A stretch of 64,000 bases of DNA, from NCBI GenBank assembly GCA_977017645.1, contig OZ360225.1, positions 190,402,001-190,466,000 of the forward strand, read 5' to 3'. This document shows, piece by piece, positions 51,480-62,333 of the stretch; position 1 is the first letter of the stretch, and every line of letters begins with the position of its first letter. The notes under the pieces were generated by a model. It did no database searches, had not been told where the DNA came from, and saw only the letters and a list, made by a program, of their open reading frames with translations. This DNA comes from Torpedo marmorata. Lineage: Eukaryota. The position numbers and the translations under genes were made by a program.

Positions 51480-51740
51480 TTTTAAAATTTTAAGGATACA
51501 GCTAAGTAACAGGCCCTTCTAATCTACGAACCGTGCCCCCCAATCACACTCATGTGACCAATTAACCTTCTCGGTCCCGTACGTCTTTGGAATGTGGGAG
51601 GAAACCAGAAAACCTGGAGGAAACCCACGTAGGTCACAGGGAAATTGAACAGATTCCTTATTGATAGTGGTGAATTCGAACCCAAGTTGCTGGCCCTGTA
51701 ATAGCATTGTATTAACAGCTACGCTAAACGTGCTGCCCTT
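51480..51740 (-). mobile_element. tRNA-derived HE1/V-SINE-like SINE
   Basis: Minus strand has a B-box-like gggttcgaattc, a V-domain-like gggtttcctccaggttttctggtttcctcccacattccaaagac and a CR1-like tail. Confidence 0.75.
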
Positions 51741-51979
51741 ATGTGGTTAGGGTTATCGACCCATCATTGTAGTTGACCCAACTGACCTCTGTAATAGCCC
51801 AGCAAGCCATGAGTTCAGGCGAAAGTTAGGGATGGACAATAAATGAAGGGAGCAAGGTTTGGGGGAGACATCAGGGGTAAGTTTTTTAGACAGAGAGTTG
51901 TGTGTGCCTTGAATGCATTGCCAGGGGTGCAGGGGTGGTGGTGGAGGCTGTAACATTAGGGGCATTTAACAGACAGGGA

Positions 51980-52323
51980 ACCTGCTTGTCGTTTCCTTCC
52001 CCTCCCCCCTCACCTGTCCTTCCTGTTTTTTTTCCACCCACCCAGCTATCCCTCCTCCCCCTCTTTGCTGCTGTTCCCTCCCTCCTTTCTTCACCTATCA
52101 TCTCCTGCCTTTGCCACCCCCCCCCACCCCGCTTCCCCACTTCACTCTTTTTTTCGGACGCCTGCCGGCATTTTCTCATACTTTGATGAAGGGCTCAAGC
52201 CCGAAACGTCGGTTATATATTTCTACCTTTGCTACATAAAAGACACTGTTTGACCTGCTGAGTTTCTCCAGCATTTGTGTTTTTTTCTTCAACCACGGTG
52301 TCTACAGATTTTAGTGTTTTACT
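51980..52323 (+). mobile_element. Isolated Penelope pseudo-LTR with hammerhead motif at 52177-52217
   Basis: Near-identical to the reverse complement of 24361-24691; ttgatgaagggctcaagcccgaaacgtcgg. Confidence 0.88.
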
Positions 52324-55300
52324 TTTGATTCTTGGACAGACTCCCTCACTGCAAATAAAAGCAAATGAACCCCTTCACCCCAATCCTTTTCACTCTCAAA
52401 ACAATAAGTTCTCATCATGATTTTCAGGGTCGAATGGAACCTCTACAAGGCCCCTTGACTCTCTGGATGGTATGCAGAAGATACAATCTGCTTAACTCTC
52501 AATCCATAAACCACTTGTTGGAATAAGTTGACATAAAATTACTCCCTTGATCTGACTGAATTTTTTAGGCAGGCCAACCAAGGTGAAAAACTTTAACAAA
52601 GCCTTCACAATTGCCTTTGCTTTAATGTTTCTCAGAGGAATGGCCTCCAGAAACCTTGTGGCTGCACACATAATTGTCAACAAATACTGATTCCCAGCTT
52701 TGGTTTTGGGAAATGGGCCAACACAGTCCACAATCACTTTCAAGAAAGGCTCACCGAAAGCAGGGATAGGTTGTAAGGGTGCCACCGGGGACCCTGATTA
52801 GGTTTACCCACCACCTGACAAGTGTGACAGGCCCGGCAAAGCTTACAACATCCTTTCTTAAACTAGGCCAATAAAATTGTTTCATTGTCTTATCCATAGT
52901 TTTCTTCACCCCAAGGTGACCGCCAAAGGGTGTGCTATGAGCCAAAGTTATTATTTCATCCCTATAGGCTTTAGGGAATACAACCTGCTGCCCTACTGCT
53001 CAATCTTCACTGGCAGGAACATCATGTGGTCTCCACTTCCTCATCAATAATCCATCTTTGACATAATAACCCATTGGCTCTTTATTAATCTCCTCGTCAG
53101 AGAGAGCCTTATCTCTCACCTCAGAAAGATCAGGATCCTCATTTTGCCTTGCTATCAACTCCTTTCTGGATAGCGACAAATCTGTACCCTTAGGTTTACT
53201 ATCAGTGCTTGGGTCTAATAAAGAAGATTGCTCAACCTTTACCAGGTCTTTTCCACTTGAATGATGTTTTTGATTATCACAGCCTTTATTTTCCATTAAA
53301 TCATTTTTCACAGCCTTATCTGCATTGACATTTTTTTTAGACATTGCCCTTGTCATAGCACAAGCTGAGTAAATATCAGAGTCCCTCTCTGACTCATCAA
53401 TGACTGGCTTAGCTGTCATTCGCACTGCAGGAACAACCTTACTCTCTGCCAAGTCATTGCCTAGCAACAGTGAGACTCCTTCCACTGGCAAATTTGACCT
53501 CACTCCTATTGTAATAGGTCCATTAACCAGGACTGATTTTAACACTATTCTGCGCAAAGGAATGGGCTCAGTATTACCCCTGATACCTCTAATCAAATTT
53601 ATTTCACCGGTGTCAGTTTCTTCACCAAATTCCAAAACACTGTCTAACACAAGTGACTGAGCAGCCCCAGTATCTCACAAAATTTTCACTGGCACTTGTT
53701 TTAACCCTTTTTTAACTGAAACCAAACCCTCAGTCACAAAAGGTTTGAATACTTCCCTAATTTTATCAGTAAATTTGGATCCTTCTTGGTTTTTATACCT
53801 CTTCTCACTTTAAATACAAGCATTCGGTGCTACCTCTTTTACTCTCTTCTTTTTCAGCACAGGACAACTTGCTATCACGTGACCAGCCTTCTTACAGTAG
53901 TGGCAAAGAGGACCCGAAGGTTTTTCCTTTACCAACTTCCATTCATCTTTACCCCTAATACTACTTCCAAATTTACTCTCCACCTTATTTAGATTATCCA
54001 CAGTGCACTTTTGAAAAAAATTTGCCAGACGTCCACTTAGGCTTATGTGTTAAAGCATATTCATCTGCTAACTTAGTTGACTCCTGCCAAGTTTTCATCT
54101 CCTTCTCATCCAAGTATGCTTCAATATCATCAGGAACACATCTTTTAATCTCCTCAATTATTATCAATTCTCTCAATCGAATATAATCATTGTTTACAGT
54201 CTTCGATGTGCACCACCGGTCAAAACACACAACCTTCTCATAAGCAAAATCTGTATAAGATTGGGTTGTTGATTTTTAAAAATTCCTGAACTTCTGTCTG
54301 TAAGCCTCTGGAACTAACTCATAAGCCTGGAGTATAGCTTTTTTCACAATTTCATAATTAGCAGCTTGCTCTGTGGTAATGGCAGAATAAGCTTGTTGAG
54401 CTTTCCCTTTAATTACACTTTGTAACATAAGAGACCATTGGTTTTGTGGCCAATTTAAATTCACAGCCATTTTTTCAAAATGCTGAAAATATTTATCTAT
54501 CTCAACTTCCTCAAATGGAGGAACCAACCTAACTTCTCTACTGGCCATAAACCCCTCACCATGACCAAGAATTTGATCTCGGTCTCTTCTTTTCTCCTTT
54601 CATTTTCCAGTCTAATCTTTTCCAGCTCATGTAGTCTAATTTTCTCCTCTGCCTCTAGTTCTAATATCCTCAGTTCTATTTACAATCTCTTTTGTATTTC
54701 GGCTGTCTCCAATTTTAATCTCTTCTGTTTCTCAGCTGCATCCAATTCTAATCTCTTTAATTCCAATTGTATTTTCTCAGGCGTTTTACCCTTGGGAAAC
54801 TGCTCTAACACTTACCTTCGTCTATGTAGTATTTTACAATTTTCCTCCCAATCTCCACCTTTGTCAGTTGTGGTTCTACTGAAGCAAATAGTCACTAACT
54901 CGTGCTTTTTAGCCTTTTTCAAATTCTCAAGAAAGGATAATGCCAAAAATCCCTCTATATCCATGGCTGCTGGTTTGTTGCTGTTGATTTCACACACACA
55001 TTAGTTTTTAATTATCTTTACCAAAGGAATTTCCTAGACCAGACTGGAATTCCATCAATCACCAAGCTCCATCTTAATTCAGACTCAGACGATTGATCCC
55101 TAATCAATCAACCTCTAAACTCCCAAATTTGTTCAGATCCCGGATGACGATCCCCCACTTTGTTCAAGATTCAAGATTCAAGATTCAATTTATTGTCACA
55201 GCAATACGACAGTGTCATATACCACGAAATTTCTTTTTGCCTGCTCCAAGGCAGACAGATTCGCCATCGGCAGAAACTGCCTAGGCGCCTCTAACATTCC

Positions 55301-56694
55301 TTACAATCAGAGAAAGAGAAGCAAAAGAGAGTCCCCCCAGAGTCACCAAGTGTCCATAGATTCGCCTCCAGCGCTTCCGCAGCCACACAGAGTCCAGTCC
55401 AAACGATCGGCATCCCGAGCTCCAGATCCGAACCTCCAACACGGTCAGGTCGCCCTCGGCACCCCCTCACATCCCGGTTCCGATACCTGGTACTCCTCCA
55501 GCCAGTTCGAGTCAACCTCCAGCAGTCCGCAGCCCATCGTGAGTCCCCCGACAGCAGTCTCCAGCAGCCCACAGCCTCCGCGGGTTCCTCGCTCGAGTCG
55601 CCAGCAGCCCGCCGCATGCACTGGTCCTTCAGCCTCAGAGACCCTCACCGGTCCGCCGCCCTGGTCACCGTCCCTTGGGTCGTCTCCTCCGCTTCTCCTT
55701 CTCAGACGGGGTGTGATCTTCCCGTCCTCTGGTGCCCTGCTCCAGTCCCCCGCTTCCCCGGAGTCTGCAGCCCCTCATGGCTGCTGCCGGTTAATAGGCG
55801 CTGCCATCTTGGGCGCAGACCCCGCGGTCGCGGGATCTTAAATAAAACCACCGTCGGCTCCTTTAACGGGCTGTTCAAAGCCCGTGCGGAACCGACGGCA
55901 GTCGACTGGGCGGCTGGACCCCGCGGGAGCGCTGTATCTCCGCTCCCACGCTCCTCGCGGGTCCGCACCAGCAGCAGCGCTGCCGCTACAGCGGCTCCGG
56001 CAGCGCGGCCATCTTTATTACAACTCAAACCAGTAGCAACAGAAGATGCAATTCAAAAGAGTTAAATTTTTAACTCTATATTTATTAATGACTATTAATA
56101 ATATAATGTCTTAACACAATTAACCCCTTATAAGTATCTATGGCAAATATATGGATATCATACATTTATAAACAGTTTGTATGTAAAAAATACCCAGACC
56201 ATCACAGTCTGTGCCCAATATTCAAAAAGGAAAAATCCCCAAAACCCCAGGTCATTCAGTCAAGTAAGTCAGTCCAAAAACACAGTCCACATAATTCAAT
56301 ATCAAAGTTCAATGTCCAAGGTCAGTTCTTTAACTGATAACAGAGGATGTCGTATTGAACATTGGAGAGAGAAATGACTGATGTTGCATTGCAGTAACCT
56401 TACGAATCCTTTTTCAGGCTTCCTCAGATGACTTCCCTTGGTTCTCAAAGTGTGTTTTTTTTTAACCCTTCCTCATTTATGAGGCATGTGCATTTCACAC
56501 AGCTCTCCAGCTGTTCTCTGCTGCTCCAACTGCCGTTCTTCTGCCGTTCCAACTGCCGCTCCAACTGCCGTTCTGCCGCTCCAAATTCCGTTCCATTGTC
56601 TCATGATGTCACAAGTCACACAGAGTTCTCAGCAGAATTCTATCCTTTATGATGACAGTCCACAGTCCAAAAAGGTCAGTCCATGGTCCATAAC
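52324..56694 (-). mobile_element. 5' half of a Gmr1-like Gypsy element (LTR, PBS, gag, protease, integrase)
   Basis: LTR 56016-56694; Pro-like PBS tgggggatcgtcatccgggat at about 55139-55158; VRLVPPFEE, YELVPEAYRQKF, CHYCKKAGHVIASC, DTGAAQSL, LLLGNDL, AHSTPFGGHLG, VDCVGP; INT follows protease with no RT between. Confidence 0.92.
55165..56012 (-). mobile_element. Complete GC-rich non-autonomous retroelement at the LTR/PBS boundary
   Basis: TSD ctttgtt/ctttatt (55158-55164, 56013-56019); 3' gacaataaa(ttgaatc)n tail; 5' gatggccgcgc. Confidence 0.8.
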
Positions 56695-56844
56695 NNNNNN
56701 NNNNNNNNNNNNNNNNNNNNNNNNNNNNNNNNNNNNNNNNNNNNNNNNNNNNNNNNNNNNNNNNNNNNNNNNNNNNNNNNNNNNNNNNNNNNNNNNNNNN
56801 NNNNNNNNNNNNNNNNNNNNNNNNNNNNNNNNNNNNNNNNNNNN
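56695..56844. other. Assembly gap (150 N)
   Basis: Run of N. Confidence 1.
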
Positions 56845-57617
56845 GAGGGCCTACAGGCCTGTACTGTGCTGTAGTCTTCTATGTTCTATGTTCTAAATGT
56901 TGGTTTTCCCAGTCACAGCCAAACACTGTGAATGAATAAAAAAAAACTTTTAGGTTTTTCAGCAAAAAAATAAAGAATTTATCAAGCTTGGGGCAACTGG
57001 GATATGGGATTAAATGACAATGCAGACAGAATGTTTGCAAGCTCAATCCAAAAAGTTCTGAAACCGCCTTCAACAATGTTGGCTTTTGGTGCAGGAAAAG
57101 GGACTTTAACTGATCTTTGTGCACAGCTTACACCACATGCTCCAATCAAATTTAAATCCCCATGAGATCTTATTTCTGTGAGCAATAGCAAAACGAGTTA
57201 CTGAATCTTATCACAAAACAGAAGAGCAATGTGAGTGTGAATCCAAGAGTATTCCTTATATATTGTGCTGTTTTATGGAAGAGTAAATTTAAAGGCAAAT
57301 ACAAATTCATATAAAACCGAGTATATAGTCTAACTACGGTAACTACAGGTATTTGAAAGGCTGGTGTGAATAAAATTCTGGATGATATTGCCCTTCAAAG
57401 CATTAAGCAGCGCCCTCTAGTGTTTCTGGAAGTGAGGAGGCTTTCAGCTCTTAATAGGAGACTGGTTGCTTTCCTCCAAAGTTTTTATTTGGAAGGAAAC
57501 AGACCATTAGATGAAAATAAAAGAAATTACAAAGATATTCACTTTCATCATACTCTATATACTCAGGGTAAGTAGTCAACTTTGAATAAAATAGAATGTC
57601 TCTTAGAATTGAATTAG

Positions 57618-58000
57618 ATTGAAACATATAAGATTATTAAGGGATTGGACACACTAGAGGCAGGAAACATGATCCCGATGTTGGGGGAGTCGAGAACCAG
57701 AGGCCACAGTTTAAGAATAAGGGGGAGGCCATTTAGAACGGAGTTGAGGAAAAACCTTTTCACCCAGAGAGTTGTGGATATGTGGAATGTTCTGCTTCAA
57801 AAGGCAGTGGAGGCCAATTCTCTGGATGCTTTCAAGAAAGAGTTAGATAGAGCTCTTAAAGATAGCGTAGTCAAGGGATATGGGGAGAAGGCAGGAACGG
57901 GGTACTGATAGTGGATGATCAGCCATGATCACAGTGAATGGCGGTGCTACCTCAAAGGGCCGAATGGCCTACTCCTGCACCTATTGTCTATTGTCTATTG
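57618..58000 (+). mobile_element. CR1 3' fragment
   Basis: SRTRGHSLRI, FTQRVVDMWN; (ctattgt)n tail. Confidence 0.88.
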
Positions 58001-58477
58001 AATATTACAAAGCAAATTCGGACAGGACTGTGTGAAAAAAAAGGATCTTCATTTCAGTATGACAAAGAATAGCTCAATTTTTCATGAGCCTTCCAGTAGA
58101 ATATTAATCTAATAAAGCTCACCACATTGTGATTTCTGCTTTATATGCACCTTGTTCTGTTATCATCCGTTCAAATGTACAATCCAACTTTCACATTCAA
58201 CCATTTATAATTTTTACCAAAAGAACAATGAATAGATAATTCCTGGAAAATAGCAGAAGAGAGAAGGTAATAATGTAAAAATTAGGAAAATCTGCAGTAA
58301 ATTAAAGAAGGCACAAAAATAATGTCAAACACAAGGGGAGTTTCTGGTGAAAAGAATGCAATGAAGATTAATTAAAAGGGAGAAAAGCAGCAGATAAATA
58401 TGGAAGAAAAGAGGAGAGATTTAAAAAAAATAAAGGGACAGAGAAGAAAAAGCAATGCCACTTTGGGAATTAAGAAT

Positions 58478-58712
58478 TTAATTTAATTTAGACATACAGT
58501 AGGGTAACAGGCTCTTCCAGCCCACGAGTGTGTGCTCCCAAATTCACCAATTAACCTACAACCCACGTACATTATTGAAAGGTGAGAGGACAAAGGAGCA
58601 CCCGGAAAAACCCTTGCAGGTCACAAGGAGAACATATGAACTCCTTACAGATAGCGCCAGATTCGAGCCGGGTGGTTGGCTCTGTAATAGCATTGCGCTA
58701 ACCACTACACTC
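58478..58712 (-). mobile_element. tRNA-derived HE1/V-SINE-like SINE
   Basis: Minus strand A-box-like tagtggttagcgc, B-box-like ggctcgaatc, gggtttttccgggtgctcc, (aaatt)n tail. Confidence 0.75.
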
Positions 58713-59038
58713 ACTCAAATATACCACAAAAACTTTCGAAGGTGCAGTGTAATGCTGTGAATTATTTTTCTTTCCTCTCTGTTGCACTGTCATCTTAGAA
58801 CACGGGATAGAACATAGAACATTACAGCACAGTACAGGCCCTTCCGCCCACAATGCCATGCTGACCTATGTATATCTACCAAAAAAAAAACATTGGGGGC
58901 AAACATTTATCCCCAGTTGCCAGCAATAAGCAGCTGCTGCAGTATTGGCCATGGTTTGTGTTCACTTCAACTCATTCATTTCTGCCAGAACTAATGGAAA
59001 TGAATGTGCTTCCAATGAGTACCATCGACCGCTGATAT

Positions 59039-59636
59039 CACTGGACAATGAAGCTTTTGCTTCCTGAACACTTTTGGGTGTATTTTATGGATTTTGTGCT
59101 GCCGATCATGAAAATCACCTTAAAATGTTACTATCACGTACCGTTTTTTAGATATAGCCTATTTTGTGATTTCCTGTCATATTTTAAGACAACTTCAAGC
59201 ATATAAAACCATGAAGTGGAACATGTCATTGAAAATTCATTTTCTGCATTCGCTGCTGATCTTGGTGCAGTCAGTGAATAACATGGTGTATGGTTTCACC
59301 AGGACATTGTGACCATGGAAAAGCGGTATCAGGGCAAATGGAATCTATCAATGCTGGCCAACTATTGTTGGACACTGACAGGAGAGGCAACAAATGCTGA
59401 GTACAAATGAAAATCTGCGGCAAAACATTTTTCGGTCAGTTGAACTAACGCAATGTGTCAGCATCATTATGTGATTAAACATGCAAAATTCAATAAAAGT
59501 TCATTTAATGTTTCTCCAACTTCCTACATGATACAGCAAATCTGAAATTATCTTTGTGCTCATCTTGAATTTATTTATCATAATCCCCAATTTTTTTTCA
59601 GGAAGCAAACCTTTTGAAAAAGTTTGTTGTCCAGTG
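59039..59636 (+). mobile_element. Internally deleted DNA transposon, Chapaev3-like
   Basis: Imperfect TIRs cactggacaa...ttgcttcctgaa / ttcaggaagcaa...ttgtccagtg; transposase C-terminus remnants MSLKIHFLHS, LGAVSE, FHQDI.TMEKRYQGKWN.SMLANYCWTL. Confidence 0.72.
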
Positions 59637-61074
59637 CACTTTTCATTTGCAACAAATTAGTCCCAAACCATTGTGTCGACTTCCAAACTATTGCATGATC
59701 TTGACTCTCCGTGACCACAAGGAAACTAAAGGGGCCAACATGACTGATTTTCAGAGAAGTTTGATGCTCAATAGATTCCTGTAACTGTTTTAAGTGGCTG
59801 TAAACAACTTGTTTTAAAATTTAAGAAGTAATATATTTTATCTTTTACAATTAGCTTTTCTTCTGTGTGCATGTACAGAAGTCGGTACAGACACTACCAA
59901 TGATAAATGAATGCAATCTGATTTACTGAAGCCTGATAGAGTAAACCACTTTTTCTCCAGATACAAGCACTACAAGGTGCCTTACCAAGCATTAAGATTT
60001 CAATAAATAATTTAAATGGGGTGAAATGTTGCATCTATCATGCAATGCAGTGCAAGTAATAAGCAGAAGAGAAGAAAGCCTACAGAGAGACTGCAATCAA
60101 AATATTTGTCCTTCTTCCCCTGATTTTTTTTAATAATATTTTGTGACATTGGTTAATGTAAATCCAAAGAATTTCACAATGAGTTTGTTGAAACGTATGT
60201 AGATATGAAACAGAAACAGATGTAGGTCAGGTTGGGTCTTGTTATTGCATCATTATGACTGATCCTTTGCCTTGATTACTTTCTCACCCTCTGATTTCCT
60301 TTGAATTCAATAACCTATCAATCTCATCCGTGAGTAGACTCAGTGATTGAACAGTGATTGAGGTATAGAATTTCAAAAACCTTGCATTTCCTCTGTGCAA
60401 AGAAAAGTCTCCTAATCTCTTCACTAAATGAGCAATGCCCAATCCTAGGGTATTATTTCTCCTGGTGTTTGTTGGAGGAAATGGCCTCTCAGCCTCCCAT
60501 ATCAATTCCTTCCAGAATCTAGCACCTTTCTTTGAGTGGTACAGTTCTGCAACAAGGAAACAGGCCTTCGGCCCAACTTGTCCACACTGACAAAACTAGT
60601 CCCAGTCTCCTGAATTCGGCCCATATCCCTCTAAACCTTTCTTATCCAGGCTACCGTCTAAATGCCTTTTGAATGTCCTTACTTCTACCACTTCATACTT
60701 CAAATTTATTTAATTAAATTCCAGCAAGAATAAGTCAATCTTACTTGACCTTTTTTCATTAGACAAATCCTCAACTAATAATCAATCTTATGAATCCATA
60801 CTCAATTGATTACGAGGCAAATATATCCTTCTTTCAGAAAACAAACTGAACTTAGCAGTCAATATGAGGTATTGCCAAACACAGTCCACTTTATTATTTT
60901 TCCTTCTGCAACAAATTCCAACATATCCTTTGCCTCTCCCAGCAGAACGTTTACTTCAGCTCATGAGCCAACGCACCAGGCCCCTTTATACACCGTTTAT
61001 TGGTTTGGGTACTTTTCTATTCCTGATCTGACAGAACACAGCCTCATAATATCCCATCTAGGTTTTCTTTCCAT

Positions 61075-61600
61075 CACATGGGGTTCAGGACATGTGCATT
61101 GGTGTCAGGGCCAGCATTTATTTCCTGTCCTCATATGCCCTTGAGAAGGTAATGTTGAGTCAGCTTCTTGAACCAGAGCAGTCCTGGTGAAGATACTCGC
61201 ACAGTGATTCTGGGTGGGATTTTGTGGTTTAGAAGGACAGTTTAATTATTTCCAAGTTAAGATAATGTGCACCTTGGACAGGCCCTTTCAGGTGGTGGTG
61301 CTCCAGGCACCTGCTGCTATTGTCCTTCTTGGTAGTGGAGTGGAGGGTGTTATTGGAGCAGCCCGAGCAAAGTAAGTGAAGTGCATTTTGTTCCAGATGA
61401 TACACACTGCAGCCATCATGTATGGCTAATGAGAGAATTAGTGTTTAGGGTGGTGGATGGGGTGCCATTCCAGTAAGCTACTTTGTGTTGGATGGTGTTA
61501 CTGGAGATGTTGTCATCCAGGCAAGTAAAGATTATTTAATTACATTTCTGACTTGCTTTGTAAATGGTGAAAAGGTCTTACATATCAGAAAGTGAGTCAT
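61075..61600 (-). mobile_element. Ancient LINE 3' end (Deu-SINE partner type)
   Basis: ggccagcatttattt...gcccttgagaaggt...cttcttgaacc, plus decayed RT C-terminal sequence. Confidence 0.45.
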
Positions 61601-61620
61601 TCATCAAAAAACATCAATAC

Positions 61621-61988
61621 ACCATAAGACCATAAGACTATAAGATATAGGGTCAGAAATAGGCCATTCAGCCCATCGAGTCTGCCCTACCATTTAATCA
61701 TGAGCTGATCCATTTTCCCACTCAGCCCCTCTGCCTGGCCTTCTCCCATATCTGTTGAAGCCCGAGTTAATAAAAAACCTATCAATCTCTGTCTTAAATA
61801 CACCAAATGACCTGGCTTGTACAACCTCCTAATGGCAAAAAATTCCACAGATTTACCACCCTCTGGCTGAAGACATTCCTCCGCATCTCTGTTCTAAGCA
61901 GACACCCTTCAATCCTGAAGTTGTGCCCTCTTGTCGAAGACTCTCCCACCATGGGAAACAACCTTGCTACATCTACTCTGTCCATGCA
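61621..61988 (-). mobile_element. CR1 3' fragment
   Basis: DRVDVARLFP, STRGHNFRI, FSQRVVNLWN; (ccataaga)n tail. Confidence 0.85.
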
Positions 61989-62333
61989 TTTCCTACTTGG
62001 GCCTTCTCATAACCAAAGTATTAATGCGGCTGGTCCAGTTGAGCTTCTGATTAAGGGTGACACTAAGGACATTGATGATAGGGGACTCAGCAATGTTCAT
62101 GTCAATGAAGTTGAAAAATAGGTGCTTAGACTTTCTCCAGTTAAAGAATATTGTATGGAAAAATAAGATCATGCCTGCATGCTGTATAGATTTTGCTGCA
62201 TAAAGGGTTAGATTGGTTTATTTGCTAAAGAATCGTAAATAGAATTGAACTTTGTGCCTTCGTGAGCAAACAGCCCTATGGGTTGGAATGATTGATCTCA
62301 AACAATCACATATATTTTCCTTTACGTAAGAAA

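Noticed and set aside
55212-56065. Several 100-200 aa ORFs
   Set aside because: Expected in GC-rich repeat sequence; not preserved in the other copies
9976-56694. One giant Gmr1 element from the 56016 LTR to the 9976 LTR
   Set aside because: The LTRs are different subfamilies and both pieces contain the same KVEQS...RKW region, so they are separate copies; the TSD cannot be tested because of the gap
56486-56896. ORFs spanning X residues
   Set aside because: Artefact of the N gap
58660-58712. tRNA gene
   Set aside because: Degenerate tRNA-derived SINE head attached to a SINE body and tail; same at about 51670-51740
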